Shown: positions 30,415 through 41,185 of the stretch, one piece after another
Position numbering within the stretch: the stretch's first letter is position 1
How the letters are laid out: every line of letters begins with the position of its first letter
Source of the DNA: an uncultured Bifidobacteriaceae bacterium
GTDB lineage: Bacteria > Acidobacteriota > Vicinamibacteria > Vicinamibacterales > JAENWD01
DNA: 64,000 nt
NCBI GenBank assembly: GCA_964446605.1
Contig: CAYUPN010000013.1
Coordinates: 16 to 64,015, forward strand
Direction: 5' to 3'
Notes under the pieces: generated by a model
The model's database searches: none
What the model saw: only the letters and a program-made list of their open reading frames with translations
Told to the model about the DNA's origin: nothing
Position numbers and translations under genes: made by a program

Positions 30415-31442
30415 ATGCTGACCGAGCTGCTGCTCAAGCTCACCCGGCGGGAAGACCTGACCACCGACGAGGCGGCCGCCGCCATGGAGCTCGTGATGAC
30501 CGGTCAGGCGACCCCGGCGCAGCTGGCGGGGCTGCTGGTCGGCCTCGCGATGAAGGGGGAGCGGCCCGAGGAAATCGTCGGCCTCGCCCGGACGATGCGC
30601 GCGCATGCCGTCCCGCTGTCGACGACATACGACGACGTCGTCGACACGTGCGGGACCGGCGGGGATCGGGCCGGCACGGTGAACGTCTCGACCGGCGCGG
30701 CGATCGTGATGGCGGCCGCGGGCGTCCGCGTCGCCAAGCACGGCAACCGGTCGGTCTCGAGCCGCTGTGGCAGCGCCGACGTCTTCGAGGCGCTTGGCGT
30801 GACGATTGCCGTGCCGCCGGCCGTGGTCGAGCGCAGCCTCGCGGAAGCCGGCATCGCGTTCCTGTTCGCGCCGGCCTTCCATCCGGCGATGAAGCACGCG
30901 GCCGCGACGCGCCGGGAGCTGGGACTCCGCACGGCGTTCAATCTCCTCGGCCCGCTGACGAACCCGGCCGGCCCCCGCCGGCAGATCGTCGGCGTCCCGC
31001 GGCCCGAGCTGACCGAACTGGTCGCTCGTGCGCTGCTGCTGCTCGGATCGGAGCGCGCCTGGGTGGTGCATGGGGCGGATGGCCTGGACGAGATCTCGAC
31101 GACGGGATACACGAAGGTCTCGGAGGCCTGGCAGGGCACCGTCCGGACTTTCCACGTGCACCCCGGGGACTTCGGCATCCGCAAGGCGCCCCTCGACGCG
31201 CTGGTCGGCGGCGACGCGGCGCACAACGCCGGCATCCTGCGCGATGTCCTGCACGGCGCCGACGGGCCCGTTCGCGACATCGTCCTGCTGAACGCCGGGG
31301 CCGGGCTGTTCGTCGCCGGCGCGGCCCCGTCCGTCCGCGCGGGACTGGAGCTCGCCAGGGCCGCCATCGACGACGGACGGGCGAGCCGGACGCTCGCACG
31401 GCTCGTCGAGTCGACGGCAACGGCGGAAGCGGAGGCAGGAGC

Positions 31443-31446
<4 letters not shown>
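30415..31446 (+). CDS. trpD: anthranilate phosphoribosyltransferase
   Basis: 343 aa from ATG 30415. Motifs DTCGTGGD, KHGNRSVSS and LGPLTNPA. Confidence 0.93.
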
Positions 31447-32245
<799 letters not shown>

Positions 32246-32249
<4 letters not shown>

Positions 32250-32863
32250 TCGTGAAGATCTGCGGCATCACCCGGCCTGCCGACGCGCGGCTGGCGGTGT
32301 CGCTCGGCGCGACGCACGTCGGTGTGATCTGCTGGCCGGGAAGCCCGCGTTTCGTGGAGCCGGCCGCGGCGGCAGCCATCGTCGAGGCGGTCGGCGGCCG
32401 CGCGCTGACGGTCGGCGTGTTCGTCGACGACGCGCCCGAGCGCATGAACGCAGTGGCGGCGGAGACCGGGTTCGACCTGCTGCAACTGCATGGACAGGAG
32501 GCGCCGGAGGTCGGAGCGCTGCTCTCGCGGCCGTACATCAAGGCGCTCGCCGTCGGGCCGGACCTCGATGCCGGCCTGGCGCGCTGGCCCGGCGTGCCGG
32601 TGCTGCTCGATGCGCACGATCCGGTACGGCGCGGTGGCACCGGCGCGGTCGTCGACTGGGACCGCGCGGCGGCCGTCGCGCGCGGCCGGCAGGTGATCCT
32701 CGCCGGCGGGCTGCGGCCGGACAATGTCGGCGACGCGCTCTCGCGCGTGCGGCCGGCTGGCGTGGATGTCTCGTCCGGCGTCGAGTCGGCGCCGGGAATC
32801 AAGGATGAGGAGCGGCTGCGCGCGCTGTTCGACGCGATCAGCCGCGTGGAGGAGCTATCGTGA
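32246..32863 (+). CDS. trpF: phosphoribosylanthranilate isomerase
   Basis: 205 aa. N-terminal VKICGIT, LQLHG, and C-terminal [18 protein letters not shown]. Confidence 0.9.
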
Positions 32864-34080
32864 CCGTTGACAGCGCGCGGCGGCGGCTGGCGTTCGGGGA
32901 ACGCGACCCCGACGCACGCGGCTACTTCGGAGAGTTCGGCGGCCGGTTCGTCCCGGAAACGCTCGTGGCCCCGATCGACGAGCTGGCCCAGGCGTACGAA
33001 CGCGTGCGGCGGGATCCGTCCTTCCTCGACGAGCTCGAATCGCTGCTCGAGCACTACGTCGGACGTCCCACGCCGCTGTACGAGGCGCGGCGGCTCGCCG
33101 AGGACGCGGGAGGCGCGCAACTCTTCCTCAAGCGCGAGGACCTCACGCACACCGGCGCCCACAAGATCAACAACGCGCTCGGCCAGGCGCTGCTCGCCCA
33201 GCGCATGGGCAAGCGGCGCATCGTCGCGGAGACCGGGGCGGGCCAGCACGGCGTCGCGACCGCCACCGCGTGCGCGCTGCTCGGGCTGCAGTGCGAGGTC
33301 TACATGGGCGCGGAGGACATGGCGCGGCAGGCGCCCAACGTGCTGCGGATGCGGCTGCTGGGCGCCACGGTGCGTCAGGTCGATGCCGGCAGCCGGACGC
33401 TGAAGGACGCAATCAACGAAGCGATGCGCGACTGGGTCACGAACGTGGCGGACACGTTCTACCTGCTCGGCAGCGTGCTGGGTCCGCATCCGTATCCGCT
33501 CATGGTGCGCGAATTCCAGAGCGTCATCGGCCGCGAGGCGCGGGCGCAGATCCTCGAACGCGCCGGGCGCCTGCCCGAGGCGATCGTCGCCTGCGTCGGC
33601 GGCGGCAGCAATTCAATCGGCATCTTCGACGCGTTCGTGCCCGATGCCGGCGTCCGGCTGATTGGCGTCGAGGCGGGTGGCGAGGGGATTCAGCCGGGGC
33701 GCCACGCGGCGCGGTTCGCGGGGGGCGCGGTCGGGATCCTGCACGGCACCCGCACCTGGCTGCTGCAGGACGAGGCGGGCAACATCGAGCCGACGCATTC
33801 CATTTCCGCCGGGCTCGACTATCCGGCCGTGGGGCCGGAACATGCGTGGCTCCAGGCCGCCGGGCGCACCACGTACGCCCACGTGAGCGACGCCGAGGCG
33901 CTCGACGCGTTCCAGCGGCTCGCGCGGCTCGAGGGCATCCTTCCCGCGCTGGAATCGGCGCACGCGGTGGCGCACGCGCGCATCGTGGCGCGCGAAATCG
34001 GACCCGACGGGATTGTGCTCGTGAACCTGTCGGGTCGTGGAGACAAGGATCTGCAGACCGTGCAGGACAGGCTGTCATGA
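32860..34080 (+). CDS. trpB: tryptophan synthase beta chain
   Basis: 406 aa. PLP-lysine region [16 protein letters not shown], then [10 protein letters not shown] and GGGSNSIG. Confidence 0.95.
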   Translation: MTVDSARRRLAFGERDPDARGYFGEFGGRFVPETLVAPIDELAQAYERVRRDPSFLDELESLLEHYVGRPTPLYEARRLAEDAGGAQLFLKREDLTHTGAHKINNALGQALLAQRMGKRRIVAETGAGQHGVATATACALLGLQCEVYMGAEDMARQAPNVLRMRLLGATVRQVDAGSRTLKDAINEAMRDWVTNVADTFYLLGSVLGPHPYPLMVREFQSVIGREARAQILERAGRLPEAIVACVGGGSNSIGIFDAFVPDAGVRLIGVEAGGEGIQPGRHAARFAGGAVGILHGTRTWLLQDEAGNIEPTHSISAGLDYPAVGPEHAWLQAAGRTTYAHVSDAEALDAFQRLARLEGILPALESAHAVAHARIVAREIGPDGIVLVNLSGRGDKDLQTVQDRLS

Positions 34081-34937
34081 CCGACGCGCACACTTCGCGT
34101 GCCGCCCGTTCGGGCGCCGCCCGGGCCGGGCGGCTCGAACGCACTTTCGCGCGGCTGCGCGCGGAGGGCCGGACCGGACTCGTCACCTACTTCACGGCCG
34201 GCGATCCGTCGCTCGCGCGGACCCGCGATCTGCTGTTCGCGCTCGAGCGCGCCGGCGCCGATGTCATCGAGCTGGGCGTGCCGTTCTCCGATCCGCTGGC
34301 GGACGGTCCCGTGATCCAGCGCGCGTCCGAGCGCGGGCTGCGCACCGGGACGACGCTGGCGGGGGTACTGGACCTGGTGGCCGACGTGCGCGCCACGCTG
34401 TCGGTGCCCATCGTCCTGTTCACCTACGCGAACCCGATCGCGCGAATCGGCCTCGAGGCGTTCGCCGATCGCGCGTCGGCCGCAGGCGTGGATGGCGTGC
34501 TGCTGCTCGACGTGCCGATCGAGGAGGCGGACGGCACCCGCACCGCCTTCCTGGCGCGCGGGCTCGACTCGATCTTCCTCGTCAGCCCGACGACGTCGGC
34601 CGAGCGGCTGGCGCGGGCGGCCTCTCTCGGCAGCGGGTTCCTGTACGGCATCTCGCGGCTGGGCGTGACCGGCGTGCGCGACCGCATCTCACAGGAAGCC
34701 GAGGCGCTGGCGGGACGCGTGCGGCAGGCCACCGATCTGCCGCTGGCGGTCGGGTTCGGCCTCTCGAAGGCCGAGCACATCGCTGCCGTCGGCCGGTTCG
34801 CCGAGGCCGCGGTGGTCGGCAGCGGCCTGGTGCAGGTGATCGCGGACGCCGGCGACACGCCGGAACTGGTGCCGCGCGTGGAGGCCTACGTGCGGTCGCT
34901 GGTGGCGGGTCCGGCGCACACGGGGGCGCAGCCGTGA
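34077..34937 (+). CDS. trpA: tryptophan synthase alpha chain
   Basis: ATGA overlap with trpB. Motifs [18 protein letters not shown] and GFGLS. Confidence 0.93.
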   Translation: MTDAHTSRAARSGAARAGRLERTFARLRAEGRTGLVTYFTAGDPSLARTRDLLFALERAGADVIELGVPFSDPLADGPVIQRASERGLRTGTTLAGVLDLVADVRATLSVPIVLFTYANPIARIGLEAFADRASAAGVDGVLLLDVPIEEADGTRTAFLARGLDSIFLVSPTTSAERLARAASLGSGFLYGISRLGVTGVRDRISQEAEALAGRVRQATDLPLAVGFGLSKAEHIAAVGRFAEAAVVGSGLVQVIADAGDTPELVPRVEAYVRSLVAGPAHTGAQP

Positions 34938-34939
34938 CG

Positions 34940-35254
34940 ATGGACGAGCTGCGCCAGCGGATCGACGAGCTCGACGAGCGGATCGTGGAGCTGCTGAACG
35001 AGCGCGCGCGCTGCGCGCTGCGCATCGGCGAGATCAAGCAGGAGCTCGGACTGGAGATCTATCAGCCCGAACGTGAGTCGCAGGTGCTGGGGCACGTGCG
35101 CGCGCACGGCGCCGCCATCGGCGGGCCGCTCGGCGCGGAAGCGCTGACGCGGCTGTTCGAGCGCATCATCGACGAAGCGCGCCGGCTGGAGCGCGAGTCG
35201 GCGAGCGCGCACGGCCACGGCGAGAGCGCCGGAGCCGACGGCACGGGCCGGTAG
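34940..35254 (+). CDS. chorismate mutase (AroQ class, monofunctional)
   Basis: 104 aa. LRQRIDELDERIVELLNERARCALRIGEIK is the canonical AroQ helix 1, and RLFERIIDEAR is helix 3. Confidence 0.85.
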   Translation: MDELRQRIDELDERIVELLNERARCALRIGEIKQELGLEIYQPERESQVLGHVRAHGAAIGGPLGAEALTRLFERIIDEARRLERESASAHGHGESAGADGTGR

Positions 35255-35280
35255 GGCAGCGGGGAAGTGGAGGACGGGTC

Positions 35281-36327
35281 ATGGTGGTGGTCATGCAGGA
35301 GCGGGCCAGCGAGGAGCAGATCGAGAAGGTCGTCGCGCACCTCGTCGCGCTCAAGATGGACGTGCATCGGTCGACGGGCGTGTCCCGGACCGTGCTGGGC
35401 GCGGTGGGGGACGACCGGCACATCGATCCGCGGCTGATCGAGATGCTCGACGGCGTCAGCGAGGTGCTGCGGGTCTCCGAGCCGTACAAGCTCGCGAGCC
35501 GCGCCTTCAAGCCGGATGGCACCGTGGTGCAGGTCGGGGACGTGCGCATCGGCGGCGACGAGGTGATCGTCATGGCCGGTCCGTGCTCCGCCGAATCGGA
35601 GGCACAGGTGCAGGCCGCGGCGGCCGCCGTCAAGCGCGCCGGCGCGAAGATCCTGCGCGGGGGCGCGTTCAAGCCGCGCAGCTCACCCTACAGTTTCCAG
35701 GGACTGGGCGAAGAGGGGCTCCGCCTGCTGCGCGACGCCGCCGACGCGCACGATCTGAAGCTGGTCAGCGAAGTGATGGACGTCAGCCAGATCGAGCTCG
35801 TCGACCGCTACAGTGACATCTTCCAGGTGGGCGCGCGCAACATGCAGAACTTCACGCTGCTGCGGGAGCTCGGCCGCGCGCGCAAGCCGGTGCTCCTCAA
35901 GCGCGGGATCGCCGCGACGATCGAGGAGTGGCTGCTCTCGGCGGAGTACGTGCTCGCCGGCGGCAACAGCGGTGTGATCCTCTGCGAGCGCGGCATCCGC
36001 ACCTTCGAGAGCTACACGCGCAACACGCTCGACATCTCCGCCGTCCCGGTGGTGAAGAAGCTGAGCCATCTGCCGATCATCGCGGACCCGAGCCACGGAA
36101 CGGGACGGCGCGACAAGGTGGCGCCGATGGCGCGCGCGGCCGTCGCCGCCGGCGCCGACGGCCTGATCATCGAGGTGCACTGCGATCCGGATCACGCGCT
36201 CAGCGACGGCGCGCAGTCGCTCTTCCCCGCGCAGTTCGACCGGCTGATGGCGGAGCTGCGCATCATCGCCCCGGCGATCGGCCGGACCATCTGTCTCGAG
36301 CCGGTCGCCAGACGCGGATGGCGGTGA
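35281..36327 (+). CDS. 3-deoxy-7-phosphoheptulonate (DAHP) synthase, type I-beta with N-terminal ferredoxin-like regulatory domain
   Basis: 348 aa. SD GGAGG lies 7 nt upstream. The N-terminal 70 aa (QIEKVVAHLVALKMDVHRSTG...) resemble the FL/ACT-like domain of Thermotoga-type enzymes. The core has MAGPCSAES, GGAFKPRSSPYSFQG and DPSH. Confidence 0.9.
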   Translation: MVVVMQERASEEQIEKVVAHLVALKMDVHRSTGVSRTVLGAVGDDRHIDPRLIEMLDGVSEVLRVSEPYKLASRAFKPDGTVVQVGDVRIGGDEVIVMAGPCSAESEAQVQAAAAAVKRAGAKILRGGAFKPRSSPYSFQGLGEEGLRLLRDAADAHDLKLVSEVMDVSQIELVDRYSDIFQVGARNMQNFTLLRELGRARKPVLLKRGIAATIEEWLLSAEYVLAGGNSGVILCERGIRTFESYTRNTLDISAVPVVKKLSHLPIIADPSHGTGRRDKVAPMARAAVAAGADGLIIEVHCDPDHALSDGAQSLFPAQFDRLMAELRIIAPAIGRTICLEPVARRGWR

Positions 36328-37178
36328 GCGACAGCGCCGAGGGCGGGTTTCGCCGCATCGGCATCGTCGGCGTCGGGCTGATCGGCGGATCGATCGCCTT
36401 CGCGACGCGGCGGACCTTCCCCGGCGTGACCGTCGTCGGCGTCGACCGCGAAGACGTCGTCGACGCGGCGCGCCAGCTCGGCGCGCTCCAGGCCGGCGCG
36501 ACGGACCTGCGCATCCTGGAGGGATGCGATCTGGTGGTGCTGGCCGCGCCGGTCCGGCAGAACGTCGAGGTGCTGGCGCACCTGCCGGATGCCATCCGGA
36601 GCGCCGCCATCGTCACGGACGCCGGCAGCACGAAGCGCGTGGTCGTCACGGCGGCGCGGGCCCTGCCGCCGCACCTCACCTTCATCGGCGGCCACCCGCT
36701 GGCGGGGTCCGCAAAGGGCGGCCTCGAAGCCTCACGCGCGGATCTGTTCGAGCGGCGTCCCTGGCTGCTCACGCCGACGGCCGACGTGCCGCCCGAGGCG
36801 GTGCAGCGGCTCTCGGCCTTCCTGACCTCGCTCGGTGCGACGCCGCTCGAGTTCGATCCCGATCGGCACGATCGGGTGCTCGCCTTCACCAGCCACCTGC
36901 CGCAGCTGGCCGCCTCCGCACTGATGCACGTCGTCGGCGAGGCGGTGGGAGAGGCCGGGCTCAGGCTCGCCGGGGGCGGGCTGGCGGACACGACGCGCGT
37001 GGCTGCGAGTCCGGCGGCCATCTGGACCGACATCTGCGCCACGAACGCCGACGAGATCCTGCCGGCGCTCGACACCCTCATCACGACGCTCCAGCGTCTC
37101 CGCGCCGACCTCGACGCCGGCGCCCCGATCGATCCCCTCTTCACCTCAGCGCAGCGCTGGCGCCGGCAGATCAAGTAA
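36318..37178 (+). CDS. tyrA: prephenate (or arogenate) dehydrogenase
   Basis: 286 aa. Rossmann IGIVGVGLIGGS, and GGHPLAGS with the catalytic His. It overlaps the DAHP synthase stop by 10 nt. Confidence 0.85.
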   Translation: MAVSDSAEGGFRRIGIVGVGLIGGSIAFATRRTFPGVTVVGVDREDVVDAARQLGALQAGATDLRILEGCDLVVLAAPVRQNVEVLAHLPDAIRSAAIVTDAGSTKRVVVTAARALPPHLTFIGGHPLAGSAKGGLEASRADLFERRPWLLTPTADVPPEAVQRLSAFLTSLGATPLEFDPDRHDRVLAFTSHLPQLAASALMHVVGEAVGEAGLRLAGGGLADTTRVAASPAAIWTDICATNADEILPALDTLITTLQRLRADLDAGAPIDPLFTSAQRWRRQIK

Positions 37179-37286
37179 CAGGTCTCCGATCAGGTCGGAT
37201 CGGGTCGGATCAGGTCGGATCAGGTCGGATCAGGTCGGATCGGGTCGGATCAGGTCGGATCGGGTCGGATCAGGTCGGATCAGGTC
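37179..37286. repeat. 10-bp tandem repeat C(A/G)GGTCGGAT, 9 full units plus degenerate flanking units
   Basis: Units start exactly at 37191, 37201 ... 37271. Position 2 is A,G,A,A,A,G,A,G,A across the nine units. The flanks are a 12-nt degenerate copy at 37179-37190 and a partial CAGGTC at 37281-37286. Isolated degenerate copies lie at 37324-37333 and 37363-37372. Confidence 0.97.
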
Positions 37287-37407
37287 CCGCCTTCGTCCGC
37301 CTGCGATTGGTTGCGGGCTCGGCGGATCAGGTCCGCGCGCGCTCGAGGGTGGCGGCGCGCGCGATCGGGTCCGGCGCGTCGCCAATCTCATCTGTTGTTA
37401 TGGAATG

Positions 37408-37414
37408 ATAAATT
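37408..37414 (+). promoter_or_regulatory. candidate -10 element (ATAAAT/TAAATT) for the CoA-transferase operon, leaderless geometry
   Basis: Located in the AT-rich patch tctgttgttatggaatgataaattagcggc. TAAATT (37409-37414) is followed by 6 nt and then ATG 37421. Confidence 0.4.
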
Positions 37415-37420
37415 AGCGGC

Positions 37421-38122
37421 ATGAACAAGGTCCTGCAGTCGGCTGACGAAGCTGTCGCGATGATCCCCGACGGGGCGACGCTGATGGTTGGCGGGTTCGG
37501 CGTGTGCGGGAATCCGGAGAACCTCCTGGACGCGCTGGAACGCCGGGGCACGCGCGGGCTGACGGTCATCAGCAACAACGCCGGGATCGACGGGTTCGGG
37601 CTGGGGCGGCTCCTGGCCGGCCGTCAGATCAGGAAGATGATCGCGACCTACGTCGGCGAGAACCGCGAGTTCGAACGGCAGTTCCTCGCCGGGGAGCTCG
37701 AAGTCGAGCTGGTGCCGCAGGGCACGTTCGCCGAGCGCATCCGTGCGGGGGGCGCGGGCATCGGCGGGTTTTACACACCGACCGGGGCCGGGACGATCGT
37801 CGCGGAAGGGAAGGAGACGCGCGTCATCGACGGGAAGCCGTATGTCTTCGAGCTGCCGCTCAAGGCCGACTTCGCGCTCGTGCGCGCGTGGAAGGGGGAC
37901 ACGCGCGGGAACCTCGTCTTCCGGAAGACGGCGCGCAACTTCCACCCGATGATGGCGACCGCCGCGCGCGTGACGCTCGCCGAGGTGGAGCACCTCGTCG
38001 AGGCAGGGGAGATCGAGCCCGATGCGGTGCACACGCCCGGCATCTTCGTGTCGCACATCCTGCAGGGGGCGCGCTATTCGCGCCTCGTCGAGCGGCGTAC
38101 GGTGAGGAGCAGCCATGGATAA
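37421..38122 (+). CDS. 3-oxoacid CoA-transferase subunit A (ScoA/AtoD family)
   Basis: 233 aa. [14 protein letters not shown] and SENG-less A-subunit pattern, with ...[18 protein letters not shown]. Confidence 0.9.
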   Translation: MNKVLQSADEAVAMIPDGATLMVGGFGVCGNPENLLDALERRGTRGLTVISNNAGIDGFGLGRLLAGRQIRKMIATYVGENREFERQFLAGELEVELVPQGTFAERIRAGGAGIGGFYTPTGAGTIVAEGKETRVIDGKPYVFELPLKADFALVRAWKGDTRGNLVFRKTARNFHPMMATAARVTLAEVEHLVEAGEIEPDAVHTPGIFVSHILQGARYSRLVERRTVRSSHG

Positions 38123-38762
38123 GCGCGAGCGCATCGTCCGCCGCGTCGCGCGCGAACTGCGCGACGGCGACTACGTGAACCTCGGCATCGGCATGCCGAC
38201 GCTCGTGGCCAACCACGTGCCGCCCGGCGTCGACATCACGCTGCACTCCGAGAACGGCATGCTCGGGGTGGGGCCGTACCCGCTCGAGCACGAGGTGGAT
38301 CCCGATCTCATCAACGCCGGCAAGGAGACGGTCTCCGAGACCCCCGGCTGCTGCTACTTCAGCTCCGCCGACTCCTTCGCGATGGTGCGCGGCGGGCACA
38401 TCGACCTGACCGTGCTCGGGGCCCTCCAGGTCGACGGCGAGGGCAATCTCGCGAACTGGATGATTCCGGGCAAGATGGTGAAGGGCATGGGCGGCGCGAT
38501 GGATCTCGTCGCCGGCGCGAAGCGCGTCATCGTCGCGATGGAGCACACCACGCGCGACGGCGGACACAAGATCCTCGAGCGCTGTACGCTCCCACTGACT
38601 GGCGCGAAGGTCGTGAGCCTGATCGTCACCGAGATGGCCGTCATCGAGGTCACGCCTCGCGGGCTGGTGCTGCGCGAACGCGCGGAGGACACGACCGTCG
38701 ACGCGATCCGCGCGGCCACGGGGGCGACGCTGCTCGACGAGGGCGCCGTCGGAACGTTCTAG
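38115..38762 (+). CDS. 3-oxoacid CoA-transferase subunit B (ScoB/AtoA family)
   Basis: 215 aa. The catalytic-Glu region is LHSENGMLG, followed by GAMDLV. Confidence 0.9.
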   Translation: MDKRERIVRRVARELRDGDYVNLGIGMPTLVANHVPPGVDITLHSENGMLGVGPYPLEHEVDPDLINAGKETVSETPGCCYFSSADSFAMVRGGHIDLTVLGALQVDGEGNLANWMIPGKMVKGMGGAMDLVAGAKRVIVAMEHTTRDGGHKILERCTLPLTGAKVVSLIVTEMAVIEVTPRGLVLRERAEDTTVDAIRAATGATLLDEGAVGTF

Positions 38763-38774
38763 GGAGGCGGACGC

Positions 38775-39944
38775 GTGTCCAGTGTCATTCTCTCCGGGTG
38801 TCGCACGCCCATCGGCTCGTTCGGCGGCGCGCTGAAGGATCTCGGCGCGCCGCAGCTCGGCGCCATCGCGATCCGCGAGGCGCTGGCGCGCGCCGGCGCG
38901 GAGCCGGCGCAGATCGACGACGTGCTCATGGGGTGCGTGCTGCAGGCGGGCGCCGGCATGAACGTCGCGCGACAGGCGGCGCTCGGCGCGGGGCTTCCCG
39001 CCGACGTGCCGGCCGAGACGGTGAACCGCGTGTGCGGCTCCGGCCTTGCGGCCGTCATGCATGCCGCGGACGCGATTGCGGCGGGGACCGCGCGTCTCGT
39101 CGTCGCCGGCGGCACCGAGTCGATGTCGAACGCGCCGTATCTGCTGAAGGGCGCGCGCTGGGGCTACCGGATGGGACACGGCGAGCTCGTCGACACCATG
39201 ATCGCCGAGGGCCTGACGTGCGCGCTCGAGGGCTGCCACATGGGCAGCACCGCCGAGGCGATTGCCGAGCGGACGGGCATCCCGCGCGCGGAGCAGGACG
39301 CGTTCGCGGCCGAGAGCCAGCGGCGCGCCGTCGCCGCACGCGATGCCGGCTGGTTCGCCGACGAGATCGTCCCGGTGGCCGTTCCGCAGCGGAAGGGGGA
39401 CCCGGCGATCGTCTCCGTCGACGAGTACCCGCGTCCGGGCACGACCGTCGAGAAGCTCGCGGCGCTGGCGCCCGCATTCCAGCGTGGCGGCACCGTCACG
39501 GCCGGGAACGCTTCCGGCATCAACGACGGCGCGGCAGCACTCGTCGTCGCGGCCGAATCGGCCGCGGTGCATCCGCCGCTGGCGCGCATCCTCGCGTATG
39601 CGATTGCCGGCGTCGAACCGAAGTACATGGGGCTCGGCCCCGTTCCCGCCGTGCGGAAGGCGCTCGACCGCGCCGGCATCGCCATCGGCGACGTCGACCT
39701 CTTCGAGCTGAACGAGGCGTTCGCCGTGCAGGCCCTGGCCGTGATCCGCGACCTCGGGGTCGACCCGGCGCGCGTCAACGTCGGCGGCGGCGCGGTGGCG
39801 CTCGGACATCCCATCGGCGCGAGCGGCGCGCGCGTGCTGGTCACCCTGCTGTACCATCTGCGCCGTACGGACGGGCGCCTCGGTGTCGCCTCGCTCTGTG
39901 TCGGCGGCGGCATGGGCGTGGCGATGGTCATCGAGCGGTTGTGA
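38775..39944 (+). CDS. acetyl-CoA C-acetyltransferase (thiolase II)
   Basis: 389 aa. SD GGAGG lies 7 nt upstream of the GTG. Active-site Cys in VNRVCGSGL; C-terminal [19 protein letters not shown] and CVGGGMG. Confidence 0.93.
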   Translation: MSSVILSGCRTPIGSFGGALKDLGAPQLGAIAIREALARAGAEPAQIDDVLMGCVLQAGAGMNVARQAALGAGLPADVPAETVNRVCGSGLAAVMHAADAIAAGTARLVVAGGTESMSNAPYLLKGARWGYRMGHGELVDTMIAEGLTCALEGCHMGSTAEAIAERTGIPRAEQDAFAAESQRRAVAARDAGWFADEIVPVAVPQRKGDPAIVSVDEYPRPGTTVEKLAALAPAFQRGGTVTAGNASGINDGAAALVVAAESAAVHPPLARILAYAIAGVEPKYMGLGPVPAVRKALDRAGIAIGDVDLFELNEAFAVQALAVIRDLGVDPARVNVGGGAVALGHPIGASGARVLVTLLYHLRRTDGRLGVASLCVGGGMGVAMVIERL

Positions 39945-39963
39945 GCCCGCCGGCGCGGCGCGC

Positions 39964-39989
39964 GGAACATCGGGCCGACGCCGTTCGTC
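39964..39989 (+). promoter_or_regulatory. candidate ECF-type autoregulatory promoter
   Basis: GGAAC (39964-39968), 17 nt, then CGTC (39986-39989), about 45 nt upstream of the sigma gene ATG. This matches the common ECF -35 GGAAC / -10 CGTC pattern. Confidence 0.4.
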
Positions 39990-40033
39990 CCTGACACTCG
40001 ACACCCGCCGGGCCGTGCGGGAGCTGTTTGCCG

Positions 40034-40678
40034 ATGAGCGACTCCTCCCGGCAGGGCCGGGTCTCCGCGCTCGACGCGCTCGCCGATGCCGACGCCGCCG
40101 TCGCGGCGCTGCGCGGATCCCCGGATGCGTGCGAGCTGCTCGTGCGGCGATTCGAGCGGCCGATCTACAACCTCATTGCGCGCCTCGTCCAGGACCCGGC
40201 GCTCGCGGAAGACCTCACCCAGGAGACGTTCCTGAAGATGTTCCGCGCGCTGGCGCAGTACGACCCGGCGCAGCGTTTCTCGAGCTGGATCTTCCGCATC
40301 GCCCACAACACGGCCGTCGACGCGCTGCGCAGCCGGCGCGTGCCGCTGGCCGTGCCGCCCGTCGACGCCGAAGGGGAGGCGCTCGACCCGGTCGCGGGCC
40401 TGCCCGACCTCTCGGCGGAGTCGCCCGAGCAGGCTGCCGGACGCCGGCAGCTGGCGGAAGTGCTGGACGAGGCCATCGATGCGCTGCGCCCGCCGTACCG
40501 CGCGGTCATCGTGCTGCGCCATCACGAAGACCTGGACTACGACGAGATCGCCGCGATCATGCAGCTGCCGCTGGGCACGGTGAAGACGTACCTCCACCGG
40601 GCCAGGCGCGAGCTGGCTGAGCGGCTCCGGGCGGCCGGCTACGGCCCGTCTGAAACCCGATCCGGCCGCCGGCCGTAA
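40034..40678 (+). CDS. ECF-type RNA polymerase sigma factor
   Basis: Region 2 reads DLTQETFLKMFR...SWIFRIAHNTAVDALR. Region 4 reads RAVIVLRHHEDLDYDEIAAIMQLPLGTVKTYLHRAR. First ATG at 40034; the raw ORF opens at TTG 40028. Confidence 0.87.
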   Translation: MSDSSRQGRVSALDALADADAAVAALRGSPDACELLVRRFERPIYNLIARLVQDPALAEDLTQETFLKMFRALAQYDPAQRFSSWIFRIAHNTAVDALRSRRVPLAVPPVDAEGEALDPVAGLPDLSAESPEQAAGRRQLAEVLDEAIDALRPPYRAVIVLRHHEDLDYDEIAAIMQLPLGTVKTYLHRARRELAERLRAAGYGPSETRSGRRP

Positions 40679-40690
40679 GGCTGACAGGAC

Positions 40691-41185
40691 ATGGCCCGCA
40701 TCCCCGCAGACTCGCACGATCCCGCCGAACGGGCGTGGCACGCCCTTCTGGCCCGTGCGCCGCGACGCGAGCCGCCGCCGGATTTCCAGGCCCGGCTGCT
40801 GGCCGCCACGCGCGCCAGCTGGCCGGTGGCCGGCGACGTCGTCGCGATGCCGGGGGTACGGGGCGAGCTGGCCGTCACGGCGGGTGTGCTGGCGGGAGCG
40901 GCGGCGCTGACGGCGGCGCCCGTGCTGATCGTGGTGGCGCTCTTCGTCTTCGACGCCGGCGTCGTCGTCGAGGGCGTGGCGAGAACGTGCGTGTGGCTCG
41001 TGAGCTGGTTGAGCACCGGGGTTTCCGTCTGGGACGTGCTGACGCGCGCCGGACGGGTGGCCGCGGCGGCGATGACGAGCCCTGCAGGAACGCTCCTCCT
41101 GCTGGGCGGGACGCTGACGGCATGGCTGGCCCTCGTGGGGCTGAGCCGGCTACTGCCTGTGGAGCGGGAGACTGTCGATGCGTAG
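40691..41185 (+). CDS. putative membrane anti-sigma factor (no recognisable zinc motif)
   Basis: 164 aa, 12 nt downstream of the sigma gene. A short cytoplasmic N-terminus is followed by 3-4 predicted TM helices. The function is inferred from position only. Confidence 0.45.
   Translation: MARIPADSHDPAERAWHALLARAPRREPPPDFQARLLAATRASWPVAGDVVAMPGVRGELAVTAGVLAGAAALTAAPVLIVVALFVFDAGVVVEGVARTCVWLVSWLSTGVSVWDVLTRAGRVAAAAMTSPAGTLLLLGGTLTAWLALVGLSRLLPVERETVDA

Noticed and set aside
37179-37286. Possible CRISPR array
   Set aside because: The units are only 10 bp and directly abutting, with no spacers. There are no cas genes in the window.
36524-37408. ORF that translates the decamer array into a GSDQVGSGRIGS-like peptide repeat
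   Set aside because: This frame overlaps tyrA out of frame for more than 600 nt. The 10-bp unit is not a multiple of three. The array starts right after the tyrA stop, so it is intergenic DNA, not a repeat protein.
40736-40750. TGGCAC followed by TTCTG, resembling a sigma54 promoter
   Set aside because: It lies inside the coding region of the putative anti-sigma gene, and the -12 element does not match TTGC at the required spacing.
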